The notes beneath the pieces are model-generated. The model did not search any database. It saw only the letters and a list, made by a program, of their open reading frames with translations, and was not told the DNA's origin. From Candidatus Omnitrophota bacterium (GTDB lineage Bacteria; Omnitrophota; Gorgyraeia; Zapsychrales; Zapsychraceae), in the NCBI GenBank assembly GCA_028280285.1, contig JANQMA010000017.1:64993-128992 (forward strand): a DNA stretch of 64,000 bases, written 5' to 3'. The stretch's first letter is position 1. Each line of letters begins with the position of its first letter. Both the position numbers and the translations under genes were made by a program. This document shows positions 52,416 to 62,236 of the stretch, one piece after another.

Positions 52416-54536
52416 ATGAGTAGTAAAATCGAAATCCCGTTTGGGACGGAAAATTTAATTTTGGAAACTGGTACGTTGGCGAAACAAGCAAATGCGAGCG
52501 TGTTGGCGACAGTAGGCGGGACATCAGTATTAGTTGCGGTGGCGATGTCACCTAAAGCGAGAGAAGGTATTGATTTCTTTCCATTAATGGTTGAGTATCA
52601 AGAAAAAGCTTATGCGGCAGGTAAAATTCCTGGTGGATTTTTCAAGCGTGAAGGGCGTCCAACGGAGAAAGAAACATTAACGGCGCGCATCATTGATAGA
52701 CCAATTAGACCACTCTTCCCGGATGGGTTTTACAATGAAGTGGTTGTGACGTGCAACGTTATCAGTAGTGATGGGGAAAATGACCCTGACATTATTGCGA
52801 CCGTTGCGGCATCAGCAGCCTTGCATATCTCTGATATTCCTTTTGATGGGCCAATTGGTTCAGCCAGAGTAATCAAAAAAGAGGGTGAGGTTATCGTTAA
52901 TCCAACATACGCACAAAGAGAAGAGGCTGATCTTGAAATCTTTGTTGTCAGTGTTAAAGACGGTATTGTTATGATCGAGGGTGAAGGGCGTGAAGTTCCT
53001 GAGGCTGAGGTTGTGGAAGCGCTTGAAAATTGTCATGAAAAGATTCAACCACAAATTGAAGCACAAAATAAATGGCAAAAGGAAGTGGGTAAAGAGAAGC
53101 AAGATGTCGCGCTTTTTAATCCGCATCCTGATCTAAAAGATAAAGTTCGCGCCGCTGCCGGTGACAAACTTAAAGAAATCTATACTACAATTGAAGAAAA
53201 GGGCGCCCGTCAAGAAGCTCTTTCCGCGTTGTGGGATGGTTTAATTGAAGATAAATCACAATTTAATGATTGTTTACGTGAAGGCGAGGAGGAAGTTCCG
53301 ACAGCACATATCTTCACGATTTATGATCATATCGAATACGAAGTTGTACGTGATTTGATTTTTACAAAAAATCAACGTGCCGATGGCCGTAAAACAGATG
53401 AATTGCGTGATCTTGATTCAAAAATCGGTGTTCTTCCACGCACACATGGTTCAGCTGTTTTTACACGCGGTCAAACGCAATCATTGGCGACAACAACATT
53501 GGGAACTAAACGTGATGAGCAAATGATTGAAGGATTAACGGGGCTTAATTACCGTAACTTCATGCTTCATTACAACTTCCCGGCATTTAGTGTGGGGGAA
53601 GCGCGTGGTTCGCGTGGACCTGGTCGTCGTGAAATTGGTCATGGAGCGCTAGCGGCTAAAGCAATCCGTGGCGTTCTTCCTTCTAAAGAAGATTTTCCTT
53701 ATACAATTCGTATTGTATCTGAAATCCTTGAATCAAATGGTTCATCGAGTATGGCGAGCGTTTGTGCCGGCTGTTTGAGTTTGATGGATGCAGGTGTACC
53801 GATTACAAATCCGGTTGCCGGTATTTCGATCGGTTTGGTTCTCGGTGAGGGTGATCAATATGCTCTTTTAACCGATATTATGGGTCTAGAGGATCATCAT
53901 GGTGACATGGATTATAAAATTGCCGGTTCCACTAAAGGGATTACGGCCATTCAGCTTGACTTGAAAGTCAAAGGTCTTCCGATTAAGATTTTGACGGAAG
54001 GGATTGATCAAGCAAAGGTCGCACGCACAAAGATCCTTGAGTGTATGACGGCAACAATTGACAAACCAAAAGATGAATTATCTCAATATGCTCCACGCTT
54101 GGTAATGACGCAAGTTCCAGTTGATAAAATTGGTGAAGTTATCGGCCCGGGTGGTAAAATGATTAAAAGAATTATCGAAGAAACCGGTTGTGAAACAATT
54201 GATATTAACGATGAAGGCCAAGTAACAATCGCATCAATGGATGGTGAATCAGCTGATAAGGCTGTTGCCTTTGTTGATGGTTTAGTGGCTAAGCCTGAAG
54301 TCGGTAAAATATATGATGCTAAAGTAGCCAAGGTTGCTAACTTTGGTGTGTTTGTTGAGTTTATGCCGGGCAAGCAAGGTCTTGTTCATGTCTCGGAGAT
54401 GTCAGAAGAGTATGTCAAAGACGTCAGCACTATTGTCAAAGTTGGCGATGAGTTTAAAGTCAAATTGTTTGAAATTGACAGGCAAGGGCGCGTGAATTTA
54501 AGCAAGAAACGTGCTGAGCAGGAACTTGCTGCTTAA
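52416..54536 (+). CDS. pnp: Polyribonucleotide nucleotidyltransferase
   Basis: GKIPGGFFKREGRP, RREIGHG, ESNGSSSMAS, KH and S1 domains. Confidence 0.98.
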   Translation: MSSKIEIPFGTENLILETGTLAKQANASVLATVGGTSVLVAVAMSPKAREGIDFFPLMVEYQEKAYAAGKIPGGFFKREGRPTEKETLTARIIDRPIRPLFPDGFYNEVVVTCNVISSDGENDPDIIATVAASAALHISDIPFDGPIGSARVIKKEGEVIVNPTYAQREEADLEIFVVSVKDGIVMIEGEGREVPEAEVVEALENCHEKIQPQIEAQNKWQKEVGKEKQDVALFNPHPDLKDKVRAAAGDKLKEIYTTIEEKGARQEALSALWDGLIEDKSQFNDCLREGEEEVPTAHIFTIYDHIEYEVVRDLIFTKNQRADGRKTDELRDLDSKIGVLPRTHGSAVFTRGQTQSLATTTLGTKRDEQMIEGLTGLNYRNFMLHYNFPAFSVGEARGSRGPGRREIGHGALAAKAIRGVLPSKEDFPYTIRIVSEILESNGSSSMASVCAGCLSLMDAGVPITNPVAGISIGLVLGEGDQYALLTDIMGLEDHHGDMDYKIAGSTKGITAIQLDLKVKGLPIKILTEGIDQAKVARTKILECMTATIDKPKDELSQYAPRLVMTQVPVDKIGEVIGPGGKMIKRIIEETGCETIDINDEGQVTIASMDGESADKAVAFVDGLVAKPEVGKIYDAKVAKVANFGVFVEFMPGKQGLVHVSEMSEEYVKDVSTIVKVGDEFKVKLFEIDRQGRVNLSKKRAEQELAA

Positions 54537-54540
54537 ATAC

Positions 54541-54589
54541 AGTTGCTAGTTGCTAGTTGCCAGCGACAAGCAACTAGTGACTAGCAACT
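54541..54589 (+). repeat. Heptamer-arm hairpin (AGTTGCT / AGCAACT)
   Basis: agttgct agttgct agttgcc agcgaca agcaact agtgact agcaact. Confidence 0.85.
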
Positions 54590-54629
54590 ATATAGCTATC
54601 AAAGCGTTCTATTTTTCATTTCATCCTAT

Positions 54630-56945
54630 ATGAAACCAGAACACATCAGTGAAATTAAAGCTATTATAATACTTGCCGTTGGTATGATTATATTAGCGAG
54701 TTTGATTTCATTTGTCCCGGAAGACCTTCCCTGGTATACCTCCAATCCTAATGTTCCCGCGCAGAATTTAATCCGCATAACAGGCGCTTATTTAGCTGGT
54801 TCGCTTCTGTTTGTGTTTGGCTACAGTGCCTATTTTCTCGTTGTCTTTTTATTTTTTTGGGCCTGGAACAAATTTGCGCTGCGTGAACTTGAATTTACCT
54901 TTGCTAAATTCATCAGTTTTCTTGTGCTTTTTTGTGTTGTCAGTTCTTTATTCAGCATGACAGGTGGGCAGGAATCTATTTACCGGTTTGAACGGGCAGG
55001 TATTGTCGGGATGATTATTTCTGATTTTCTGATTAAGTACCTGGGTGGTGTGGGATCTTATATTGTTCTTCTTATGCTCGGTATTATGGCGCTCATTCTG
55101 ACCGGTGAATTTCTTATCACACCAGTTATTGTTGCTATGATTGAAAAAATTCAAGCGTGGTATGAAGAACAACAAACAGGCAAGAAAGCAGAACCAAAAT
55201 CTAAAGATAAGAAAACAAGTTGGTTAAAACCGAATATCAATATTAATTACGGCAAGAAGGCCGCCCAAGCCAAGGCAGAGGAGGAAGAAGAATACGAAGA
55301 CGATGAGGAATATGAGGATGAGGAAGAGTATGAGGACGACGAAGAATACGAGGATGACGAAGAATATGAAGAGGATGAAGAGTATGATGAAGATGATGAA
55401 GAGTACGAGGATGACGAGGAATACGAGGATAATGAAGAGTATGAAGATGAGGAGGAAGGTGAGCCGAATATTAAGATTCTTAAAGGATCAAAGCGCAAGG
55501 CTGTTAAAGAAAAGAAACCGGTGGGTGAATATAAAATTCCAAGCCTGGATCTTCTGGCGGATCCTCCGGAGATTCCAACCGACAGGATTCAAAGTGATTT
55601 AATCAGTGGCGCCAAATTACTTGAGTCGACCTTGGCCCAGTTCGGTGTGGCAGCCCGTGTGGCCGATATTGAGCGCGGTCCGGCGATCACACGCTATGAG
55701 CTTGAGCCGGGACCGGGGGTCAAGGTACAGAAGTTTACAACCCTTTCTGACGACATTGCGCTTGCCATGAAGGCGCCGGCCGTGCGCATCGTGGCACCAA
55801 TTCCAGGCAAGAACCGTGTTGGGATCGAAGTGCCGAACGGCTCGGCGGCCGCGGTCTTCCTTAAAGATGTCCTTTCCAGTGATGAGTTTCAAAAATCAAA
55901 ATCTAAATTAACCATTTCTTTAGGGAAAGATATTTCCGGTAAGGCGATGGTGGCTGACCTTGCCAGCATGCCGCATTTGCTGATTGCCGGGACCACCGGT
56001 GCCGGAAAGACTGTATGTGTGAACGGAATCATCATGTCGATTCTTCTTAATGCCGCGCCGGATGAGGTTAAGTTTATTATGGTTGATCCGAAGATGGTTG
56101 AGATGGCGCAGTATCAAGACATTCCGCACCTGCTGGCACCGCCTGTGACTGATTCGAAAAAGGCAGCGGCTGTGCTTAATTGGGTCGTTGGCGAGATGGA
56201 AACACGCTATAAACAACTATCGAAAGTAAAGGTGCGTAATATTCAAGGCTATAACGAAAAAAGTAGACAAGAAAAGATGCCGTATATTGTTGTTATTGTC
56301 GATGAGTTAGCGGACTTGATGCAGGTGTCAGCCAAAACAGTGGAAGGCTCTATTGCTCGTTTGGCGCAGCTGTCGCGTGCGGTGGGTATTCATCTTATTC
56401 TTGCCACGCAGCGTCCATCGGTTAATGTTATTACCGGGGTTATTAAAGCGAATTTACCGGCACGTATTTCTTTTAAGGTTGCCTCCAAGGTTGATTCGCG
56501 CACGGTCCTCGATATGAATGGCGCGGAAAGCTTGCTTGGTAAAGGAGACCTTCTTTTTATTCAGCCTGGGGATGCCAAACCAACGCGTGGGCAAGGTAAT
56601 TTTGTCAGTGATGATGAAATTAACAGCGTGATTGATTTCATTAAAGAGCAACGCGAACCTGTTTATGATGATAGTATATTGCAACAGCAAAAGGCAGGTG
56701 CGGCCGGCGGCACGGGGGAAAAAGATGAACTGTATGATGAAGCGGTGCAACTTGTTGTGGAAACGAATCAAGCATCTGTATCTATTCTGCAGCGTCGGAT
56801 GAGATTGGGTTATACACGTGCCGCGCGTCTTATTGACATGATGGAGCAAAATGGTATAGTAGGACCATATTGCGGTAGTAAAGCCCGCGATATCCTTGTT
56901 GATCGTGAACAGTGGATGGTTGAAAACATGGACAAGGACGAATAA
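54630..56945 (+). CDS. ftsK: DNA translocase FtsK/SpoIIIE
   Basis: 4TM N-terminus, MPHLLIAGTTGAGKT, VDELADLM, ATQRPSV, gamma domain. Confidence 0.96.
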   Translation: MKPEHISEIKAIIILAVGMIILASLISFVPEDLPWYTSNPNVPAQNLIRITGAYLAGSLLFVFGYSAYFLVVFLFFWAWNKFALRELEFTFAKFISFLVLFCVVSSLFSMTGGQESIYRFERAGIVGMIISDFLIKYLGGVGSYIVLLMLGIMALILTGEFLITPVIVAMIEKIQAWYEEQQTGKKAEPKSKDKKTSWLKPNININYGKKAAQAKAEEEEEYEDDEEYEDEEEYEDDEEYEDDEEYEEDEEYDEDDEEYEDDEEYEDNEEYEDEEEGEPNIKILKGSKRKAVKEKKPVGEYKIPSLDLLADPPEIPTDRIQSDLISGAKLLESTLAQFGVAARVADIERGPAITRYELEPGPGVKVQKFTTLSDDIALAMKAPAVRIVAPIPGKNRVGIEVPNGSAAAVFLKDVLSSDEFQKSKSKLTISLGKDISGKAMVADLASMPHLLIAGTTGAGKTVCVNGIIMSILLNAAPDEVKFIMVDPKMVEMAQYQDIPHLLAPPVTDSKKAAAVLNWVVGEMETRYKQLSKVKVRNIQGYNEKSRQEKMPYIVVIVDELADLMQVSAKTVEGSIARLAQLSRAVGIHLILATQRPSVNVITGVIKANLPARISFKVASKVDSRTVLDMNGAESLLGKGDLLFIQPGDAKPTRGQGNFVSDDEINSVIDFIKEQREPVYDDSILQQQKAGAAGGTGEKDELYDEAVQLVVETNQASVSILQRRMRLGYTRAARLIDMMEQNGIVGPYCGSKARDILVDREQWMVENMDKDE
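55278..55457 (+). repeat. Acidic EEYEDD tandem repeat (mostly 18-nt period) in the FtsK linker
   Basis: About 9 copies of (D/E)EEY(E/D)(D/E). Confidence 0.9.
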
Positions 56946-57904
56946 TGAGCAAAAAGAAAGATCAAGAAGTGGATGTCGTTGAAGAAAAGTTAACCGGTGG
57001 GGCGCTCCTTAAGTCTGTACGTACGGAAAAAGGTATTTCGCTTGAGACCGTGCATGATGCAACGAAAATTCCCATGGATGCCCTGCGCGCGATTGAAGAG
57101 GGCTATACCGTTCGCACACTGACGCCCTTTTATATGAAGGGTTTCCTTAAAATTTATGCGCAGTACTTGGATGTCGAGGTATCTGAAGTTGTCGAGGATT
57201 ACAGGTCTGAAAAATTACCACCTTATATTAAAAAAGATGTGCATGAGTTTGATATTGTCGAAATAGTTAATAAGAAAATCGATAAAACAACAAAACAGAA
57301 GATCTTTATTGTCTGTGCGTATATTTTATGTTTCTTTTTGATCTTTAAAGTTATTACATTTTTTACCCATGGTAAAGAAAAAGAGCCGCAAGAACCTACG
57401 GCTGTTCAAACGCAGAGTGCTGATTTGATCGCCAAAGAAGAAAAGCTTAAGAAAGAAAAAGCGGCCCAAGAAAAGCAACAGAGGCGTGTAGACGGGCAGA
57501 AAAAGCTCGAAGCAAAACGGAAAAAAGAAGAGCAAGAGCGCAAAAAGGCGGCTGAAGAAAGGCGTAAACAAGCCGCGGCCGTACCTGCCGTTAAACCAAA
57601 GCAGCCGGAGACAGTGACGAGGATTCCTGTTGAGAATGCTATGGATAATGTGACCCTTACGGTGCGGGCTAAGAAAAACAGTTGGCTGCGTGTTTCGGCT
57701 GATGGTAATATTGTTTTTCAATCGACACTGCGTTTAGGATCGGTTGAAACATGGATGGCTGAGGAAAAAATTGAAATTTCAGGAAAAAATATTAATTCGC
57801 TTGAGTTTGAATTAAACGGCAAAATGATCGGCACGCTTGGTCGTGAAGACCGTAAGGCGAAGAAGTTAGTTGTAACTAAGGATGGATTGACGGTTACACA
57901 ATAG
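56945..57904 (+). CDS. rodZ: RodZ-like HTH / DUF4115 protein
   Basis: N-terminal HTH (GFLKIYAQYL), TM, C-terminal SWLRVSADG; follows ftsK. Confidence 0.82.
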   Translation: MSKKKDQEVDVVEEKLTGGALLKSVRTEKGISLETVHDATKIPMDALRAIEEGYTVRTLTPFYMKGFLKIYAQYLDVEVSEVVEDYRSEKLPPYIKKDVHEFDIVEIVNKKIDKTTKQKIFIVCAYILCFFLIFKVITFFTHGKEKEPQEPTAVQTQSADLIAKEEKLKKEKAAQEKQQRRVDGQKKLEAKRKKEEQERKKAAEERRKQAAAVPAVKPKQPETVTRIPVENAMDNVTLTVRAKKNSWLRVSADGNIVFQSTLRLGSVETWMAEEKIEISGKNINSLEFELNGKMIGTLGREDRKAKKLVVTKDGLTVTQ

Positions 57905-57920
57905 AGCAAGAAACAGTATT

Positions 57921-58012
57921 AGTGGTACGTTATCAGTGATACGTGATACGACGCAAACCGTAAACCGAATATCGGATAACGTCGTAGCACATACCACGGA
58001 TCGCGTATCACT
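57921..58012 (+). repeat. Heptamer-arm hairpin (CGTGATA / TATCACG-like)
   Basis: agtggta cgttatc agtgata cgtgata cgacg ... cgtcg tagcaca taccacg gatcgcg tatcact. Confidence 0.8.
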
Positions 58013-58020
58013 TTTTTATT

Positions 58021-59319
58021 ATGAAAACCACTAAAGACTATATCAATGAGCGCAAGAACGAAGGCCGTAATGTCGGGGTGATTAACCTGGGCTGTGCGCG
58101 TAACCTGGTTGATTCGCAAACGATTATGACTAATCTCAAACGTAACGGTCATAAAATTACAAGCCTGGATCAATCAGATATTGCGATTGTCAATACATGT
58201 TCTTTTATTGATGATGCTAAACAAGAGTCGATTGATACCATTGTGGAGCTCCTTGATAAAAAGAAAAAGGGTGAGCTTAAAAAGGTTATTGTTGCAGGCT
58301 GTTTGGCGCAGCGTTATCATAAAGAATTAGCCGCAGAGTTTAAAGACATCGATGCCATTGTCGGGGCGCAGAAATTAGATTCTCATGCTATTCCATCGCA
58401 GGTGTCGATGACCCCTAAACATTTTGCCTACGTTAAGATTTCCGAGAGCTGTTACAATCATTGCAGTTTTTGCATTATTCCTAAACTTAAGGGTAAGTTT
58501 GTCTCCCGTACAATCGAATCGGTTGTCCAGGAGGTTAAGCAATTAGATGAAAAGGGAGTCAGTGAAATTAATTTGATTGGCCAGGATATAACAGCTTACG
58601 GAATGGATTTGTATAAGGAACTTAAACTCGCAGACTTACTTAAAGAAGTGGTCAAGGTTTGCCACAATATCCAATGGGTGCGTCTGCTTTATGCCTTTCC
58701 GGCGCATGTGACCGATGATCTTATCGATGTGATCGCACGGGAAGAGAAAATTTGTAATTATATTGATATTCCTTTGCAGCACATCAGCGATCATATTTTG
58801 GAAAGTATGAACCGTAATATTACGACGCAAGGCACATATGATTTGATGAATAAGTTTCGCGCTAAGATTCCTCAAGGGAGCCTGCGCACGGCTTTTATCC
58901 TCGGGCTTCCTGGAGAGACGGAGAAAGATTTCGAGGAGCTTATTGATTTTGTCAACGAAGTGAAGTTCGAAAAAGCCGGCGCCTTTGTTTATTCTCATGA
59001 GGAGGGGACGGAGGCTTTCGCTATGGCCGGGCAAGTGTCCGATGAAGTTAAGCGTGAACGGATGAATGAACTGATGCGCGTTCAGCAGCAGGTTTCAAAG
59101 GAAAAACAAGAAAGTATGATCGGCCGCACGCTGCGTGTGATGATTGATGAAATGCAAAAGGGTGAAGAAAACACATATATTGGTCGTAGTGAGTTTGATG
59201 CGCCGGATGTCGACGGAGTTGTGTATGTGCACTCCCGCGATCCGCTTGCGGCGGGGAATTTTGTGGATGTGAAAATTGTCGATGCGTATGAATACGATTT
59301 AGTAGGAGAGGTAATGTGA
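58021..59319 (+). CDS. rimO: Ribosomal protein S12 methylthiotransferase
   Basis: LGCARNLVDS, NTCSFI..AKQESI, CYNHCSFCIIP, DAPDVDG TRAM domain. Confidence 0.94.
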   Translation: MKTTKDYINERKNEGRNVGVINLGCARNLVDSQTIMTNLKRNGHKITSLDQSDIAIVNTCSFIDDAKQESIDTIVELLDKKKKGELKKVIVAGCLAQRYHKELAAEFKDIDAIVGAQKLDSHAIPSQVSMTPKHFAYVKISESCYNHCSFCIIPKLKGKFVSRTIESVVQEVKQLDEKGVSEINLIGQDITAYGMDLYKELKLADLLKEVVKVCHNIQWVRLLYAFPAHVTDDLIDVIAREEKICNYIDIPLQHISDHILESMNRNITTQGTYDLMNKFRAKIPQGSLRTAFILGLPGETEKDFEELIDFVNEVKFEKAGAFVYSHEEGTEAFAMAGQVSDEVKRERMNELMRVQQQVSKEKQESMIGRTLRVMIDEMQKGEENTYIGRSEFDAPDVDGVVYVHSRDPLAAGNFVDVKIVDAYEYDLVGEVM

Positions 59320-59906
59320 AGTGTGTTCCTAATATCTTGACGACAGCGCGTATTATTCTGACCTTTGTGTTTCTTTATTTGATTCACTTGGAAGGGTTGC
59401 AGGCAAAGGTGTTGGCGGCGAGTGTGTTTTTTGTGGCCGGATGGACGGACTTTTTTGACGGCTATTTCGCGCGTAAATACAATATTGTCTCTGACTTCGG
59501 CAAAATTATGGATCCGATTGCCGATAAGTTTTTTGTTTTGGCCGGTTTTTTTACATTTGTTCAGCTGGACTATATTCCTGTGTGGATGTTTGCCGTGATC
59601 GCGGTCCGTGAAATTTATTTAACGTATCTTCGACTGGTGGCGACACAAAAAGGTCTTGTGTTAGCCGCTGAGGGTGCCGGTAAATATAAAACAGCTTTTC
59701 AGATGCTTACCATCGGGTTTATTTTGTGGGTGATTCTAGCGGAGGAAAAGTTGGGGGGAATTATTACTGCTGCTGATGGTAATCAACATCCTTTTTGGTA
59801 TAATGGGATCGATGTTTTGATGTGGCTCGTTGTGATTCTTACAGTTTACTCAGGGTTGCAGTTTTTGTGGAATAATAAGGATAAACTATATACAAAGAGT
59901 GAGTAG
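59316..59906 (+). CDS. pgsA: CDP-diacylglycerol--glycerol-3-phosphate 3-phosphatidyltransferase
   Basis: PNILT, TDFFDGYFAR...FGKIMDPIADK, GKYKT. Confidence 0.93.
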   Translation: MKCVPNILTTARIILTFVFLYLIHLEGLQAKVLAASVFFVAGWTDFFDGYFARKYNIVSDFGKIMDPIADKFFVLAGFFTFVQLDYIPVWMFAVIAVREIYLTYLRLVATQKGLVLAAEGAGKYKTAFQMLTIGFILWVILAEEKLGGIITAADGNQHPFWYNGIDVLMWLVVILTVYSGLQFLWNNKDKLYTKSE

Positions 59907-60004
59907 GGAATAGTGATTAGGCAGTAGTAGTTGAGTAGGGGGTAGGTTGCCTAATCCCTACGCACTATTGCCTACTAATGCCTGATGCCTACTCACTAAT
60001 CCCT
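59898..60004 (+). repeat. Heptamer-arm hairpin (AGKGAKT / ACTCACT family, related to 42497)
   Basis: agtgagt agggaat agtgatt aggcagt ... gatgcct actcact aatccct. Confidence 0.78.
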
Positions 60005-60030
60005 TTTAAGTGTTTTACTTGGAGCAAGGT

Positions 60031-60486
60031 ATGTCGGATAAAATGATCAAAATGTTAGCGACCTGGTTTTACGTCGGTAATGCGCCGTTTGCGCCGGGGA
60101 GTATGGCGAGCATTGTCGGGGCGGCCATGGCGGTATTCCTTGCGAATAATCTGTTTTTTTTCTTTGTTGTTTTAATAGCTGTGTGTGTTTTAGGGTTTAT
60201 GGTCTCCGGCCGTATGGAGGAGATATTAAATAAAAAGGATCCGGGTTGTGTTGTCATCGATGAAGTGGCCGGGGTTATGATTGCTTTTTTTATGTTACCT
60301 GCCCAGTGGAATATTATTATTGTTGCGTACTTTTTATTTCGCGCATTTGATATGTTTAAGATTTATCCGGTTAATAAATTTGAAGAACTTGGCGGCGGAA
60401 CTGGTATAATGATGGACGATATTGTAGCAGGGATTTATACGAATGTGGTGATGCACCTGGCGATCAGGTGGGCGAATATAATTTAG
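60031..60486 (+). CDS. pgpA: Phosphatidylglycerophosphatase A
   Basis: APFAPGS, KDPGCVVIDEVAG, FRAFDMFK, GIMMDD. Confidence 0.93.
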   Translation: MSDKMIKMLATWFYVGNAPFAPGSMASIVGAAMAVFLANNLFFFFVVLIAVCVLGFMVSGRMEEILNKKDPGCVVIDEVAGVMIAFFMLPAQWNIIIVAYFLFRAFDMFKIYPVNKFEELGGGTGIMMDDIVAGIYTNVVMHLAIRWANII

Positions 60487-60726
60487 AAATTAAAAAGAAA
60501 AAGTAAAAAAGAAAATTAAGAATTAATAAATGTATTTGGTAATTGGTATTTAGTAATTGGAGGTTAATAATTTATCAATCAAATTTGTAATAAAAGTATA
60601 GTTTGAAAAAATCACGTTTTTATTAGATTTTTTTATAAACCAATTACAAATTACTAATTATCAAATACGATTTTTATTTTTTTAATTTCTTTAAATTCTC
60701 ATTTTTCTTTTTAAATTTTTATTTCT
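60485..60726 (+). repeat. Nested AT-rich hairpin with a heptamer core (WTTGGTA / CCAATTA-like, 60532-60668)
   Basis: tttggta attggta tttagta attgg ... ccaatta caaatta ctaatta tcaaata; A-rich outer left arm and T-rich outer right arm. Confidence 0.7.
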
Positions 60727-60759
60727 CAATTTTTAATTATCAAGCAAGGAGGAAGCAAA

Positions 60760-61539
60760 ATGATGCGTTCAGGAAATCCAGCCTTAAGTGATAAGGCTTT
60801 TATGCAGCAAGGAATGTATGATTCAACCAATACCATGACATTGCAAGGAACGGTGAATAAAACGTTTGTTTTGCTCGGTCTTCTTGTATTGTCTGCGGCC
60901 TGGGTTTGGGGCAAGGTTGTCCAGCCGGCAGACGCCTTGGGTTATGAAATGGCAGCTCAATCGACGAGCACAGCGGTTATGCCGCTTATGATGGGAGGCG
61001 CCATCGGTGGTTTTATCTTGGCGATGGTGACCATTTTTAAAAAAGAATGGGCTGGGGTGACCGCGCCGTTATATGCCTTGTGTGAAGGTTTATTTGTCGG
61101 TGGTATCTCCGGAATCTTTGAAATGCAGTTTCCCGGCATTGTGATGCAAGCGGTGGGGCTTACCTTTGGGACGTTGTTTTGTTTGCTTGGGGCGTATAAA
61201 TCCGGTTTGATTAAGGCCACAGAGAATTTCAAACTGGGTGTGGTCGCGGCAACCGGAGGGATATTTGTTATCTATCTAATAAGTTTTATTATGAGTTTCT
61301 TTGGTGCGTCGATTCCACTCATCCATTCGAGCGGTCCGTTTGGCATTGCCTTTAGCCTTTTTGTGGTTGTTGTCGCGGCCCTTAATTTGGTCATGGATTT
61401 TGATTTTATTGAACGCGCGTCGGAAAGCAATGTTCCTAAATATATGGAATGGTATGGCGCTTTTGGGTTAATGGTCACCTTAATCTGGCTTTATATTGAA
61501 ATCCTTCGCTTACTTGCGAAATTACAGAGCCGTAGGTAA
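60760..61539 (+). CDS. Bax inhibitor-1/YccA-like membrane protein
   Basis: MRSGNP, MTLQGTVNKT, LVMDFDFIE, VTLIWLYIEILRLL. Confidence 0.9.
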   Translation: MMRSGNPALSDKAFMQQGMYDSTNTMTLQGTVNKTFVLLGLLVLSAAWVWGKVVQPADALGYEMAAQSTSTAVMPLMMGGAIGGFILAMVTIFKKEWAGVTAPLYALCEGLFVGGISGIFEMQFPGIVMQAVGLTFGTLFCLLGAYKSGLIKATENFKLGVVAATGGIFVIYLISFIMSFFGASIPLIHSSGPFGIAFSLFVVVVAALNLVMDFDFIERASESNVPKYMEWYGAFGLMVTLIWLYIEILRLLAKLQSRR

Positions 61540-61542
61540 GAC

Positions 61543-61580
61543 AAAAAGCCTATTCAACTGACGCAGTTGAATAGGCTTTT
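61543..61580. terminator. Bidirectional terminator
   Basis: aaaaagcctattcaactg-acg-cagttgaataggctttt between convergent genes. Confidence 0.88.
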
Positions 61581-62046
61581 ATTCTATAAACTCCAATAAC
61601 AATTTCAATGCCTGGGTCGATGCTTTACGTTTGATAGCACTGCGGGTGCCGTCAAATACGCATTTGACGCATAAGGCTTCACTATTGGTGGCGACTGCAA
61701 TGTAGACAAGGCCAACCGGTTTGGTCTTAGTGCCGCCATCAGGACCGGCAATCCCGGTGATCCCAATTCCATAATGAGTTTTAAAGAGCCGGCGGACATT
61801 TTTGGCCATAAGAAGGGCTACTTCTTCATCAACAGCCCCTTTTTTCTTAAGGAGTGTTTTGGGGATATTAAGGACGCGCACCTTAGCTTCATTGCTATAA
61901 GTGGTGATTCCTGCCTGAAAGAAGGCGGAGCTGCCCGGCACATCTGTGAGCCGGCTAGCTAAAAGGCCGCCTGTACAGGATTCAGCTGTGGCCAGGGTTA
62001 GGCGGTCATTTATGAGTAATTGAGCGACTTTTTCTTCTGTTTTCAT
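61579..62046 (-). CDS. CinA C-terminal / PncC NMN deamidase family
   Basis: AESCTGG, PGSS, YSNEAK, ITGIAGPDGG, KPVGLVY; start set at MKTEEKV. Confidence 0.92.
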   Translation of the reverse strand: MKTEEKVAQLLINDRLTLATAESCTGGLLASRLTDVPGSSAFFQAGITTYSNEAKVRVLNIPKTLLKKKGAVDEEVALLMAKNVRRLFKTHYGIGITGIAGPDGGTKTKPVGLVYIAVATNSEALCVKCVFDGTRSAIKRKASTQALKLLLEFIE

Positions 62047-62236
62047 AGCGAAATACCACCACACGAACCTCGTAGGTTCGTGTGGCTTAAATGCCTTGAC
62101 AAGAGCGTGGCTTTCCCGTATATTTAGAGCTCCAATCTTATTAGTAATAATATACATTATTATATTAGAGCGGTAAACTATTTTATTGCAAATAGTTTTG
62201 TAAATTTCCCATTTAACTCATAAGCGAGGATTAATT

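Noticed and set aside
55247-55602. Poly-Ser antisense ORF and Met/Lys-rich alternative-frame ORF
   Set aside because: Shadows of the FtsK acidic repeat.
62059-62085. FMN riboswitch upstream of ribB
   Set aside because: Only a 12-bp perfect hairpin is present; the conserved FMN aptamer motifs (AGGGCGGGGTGAAATTCCC) are absent.
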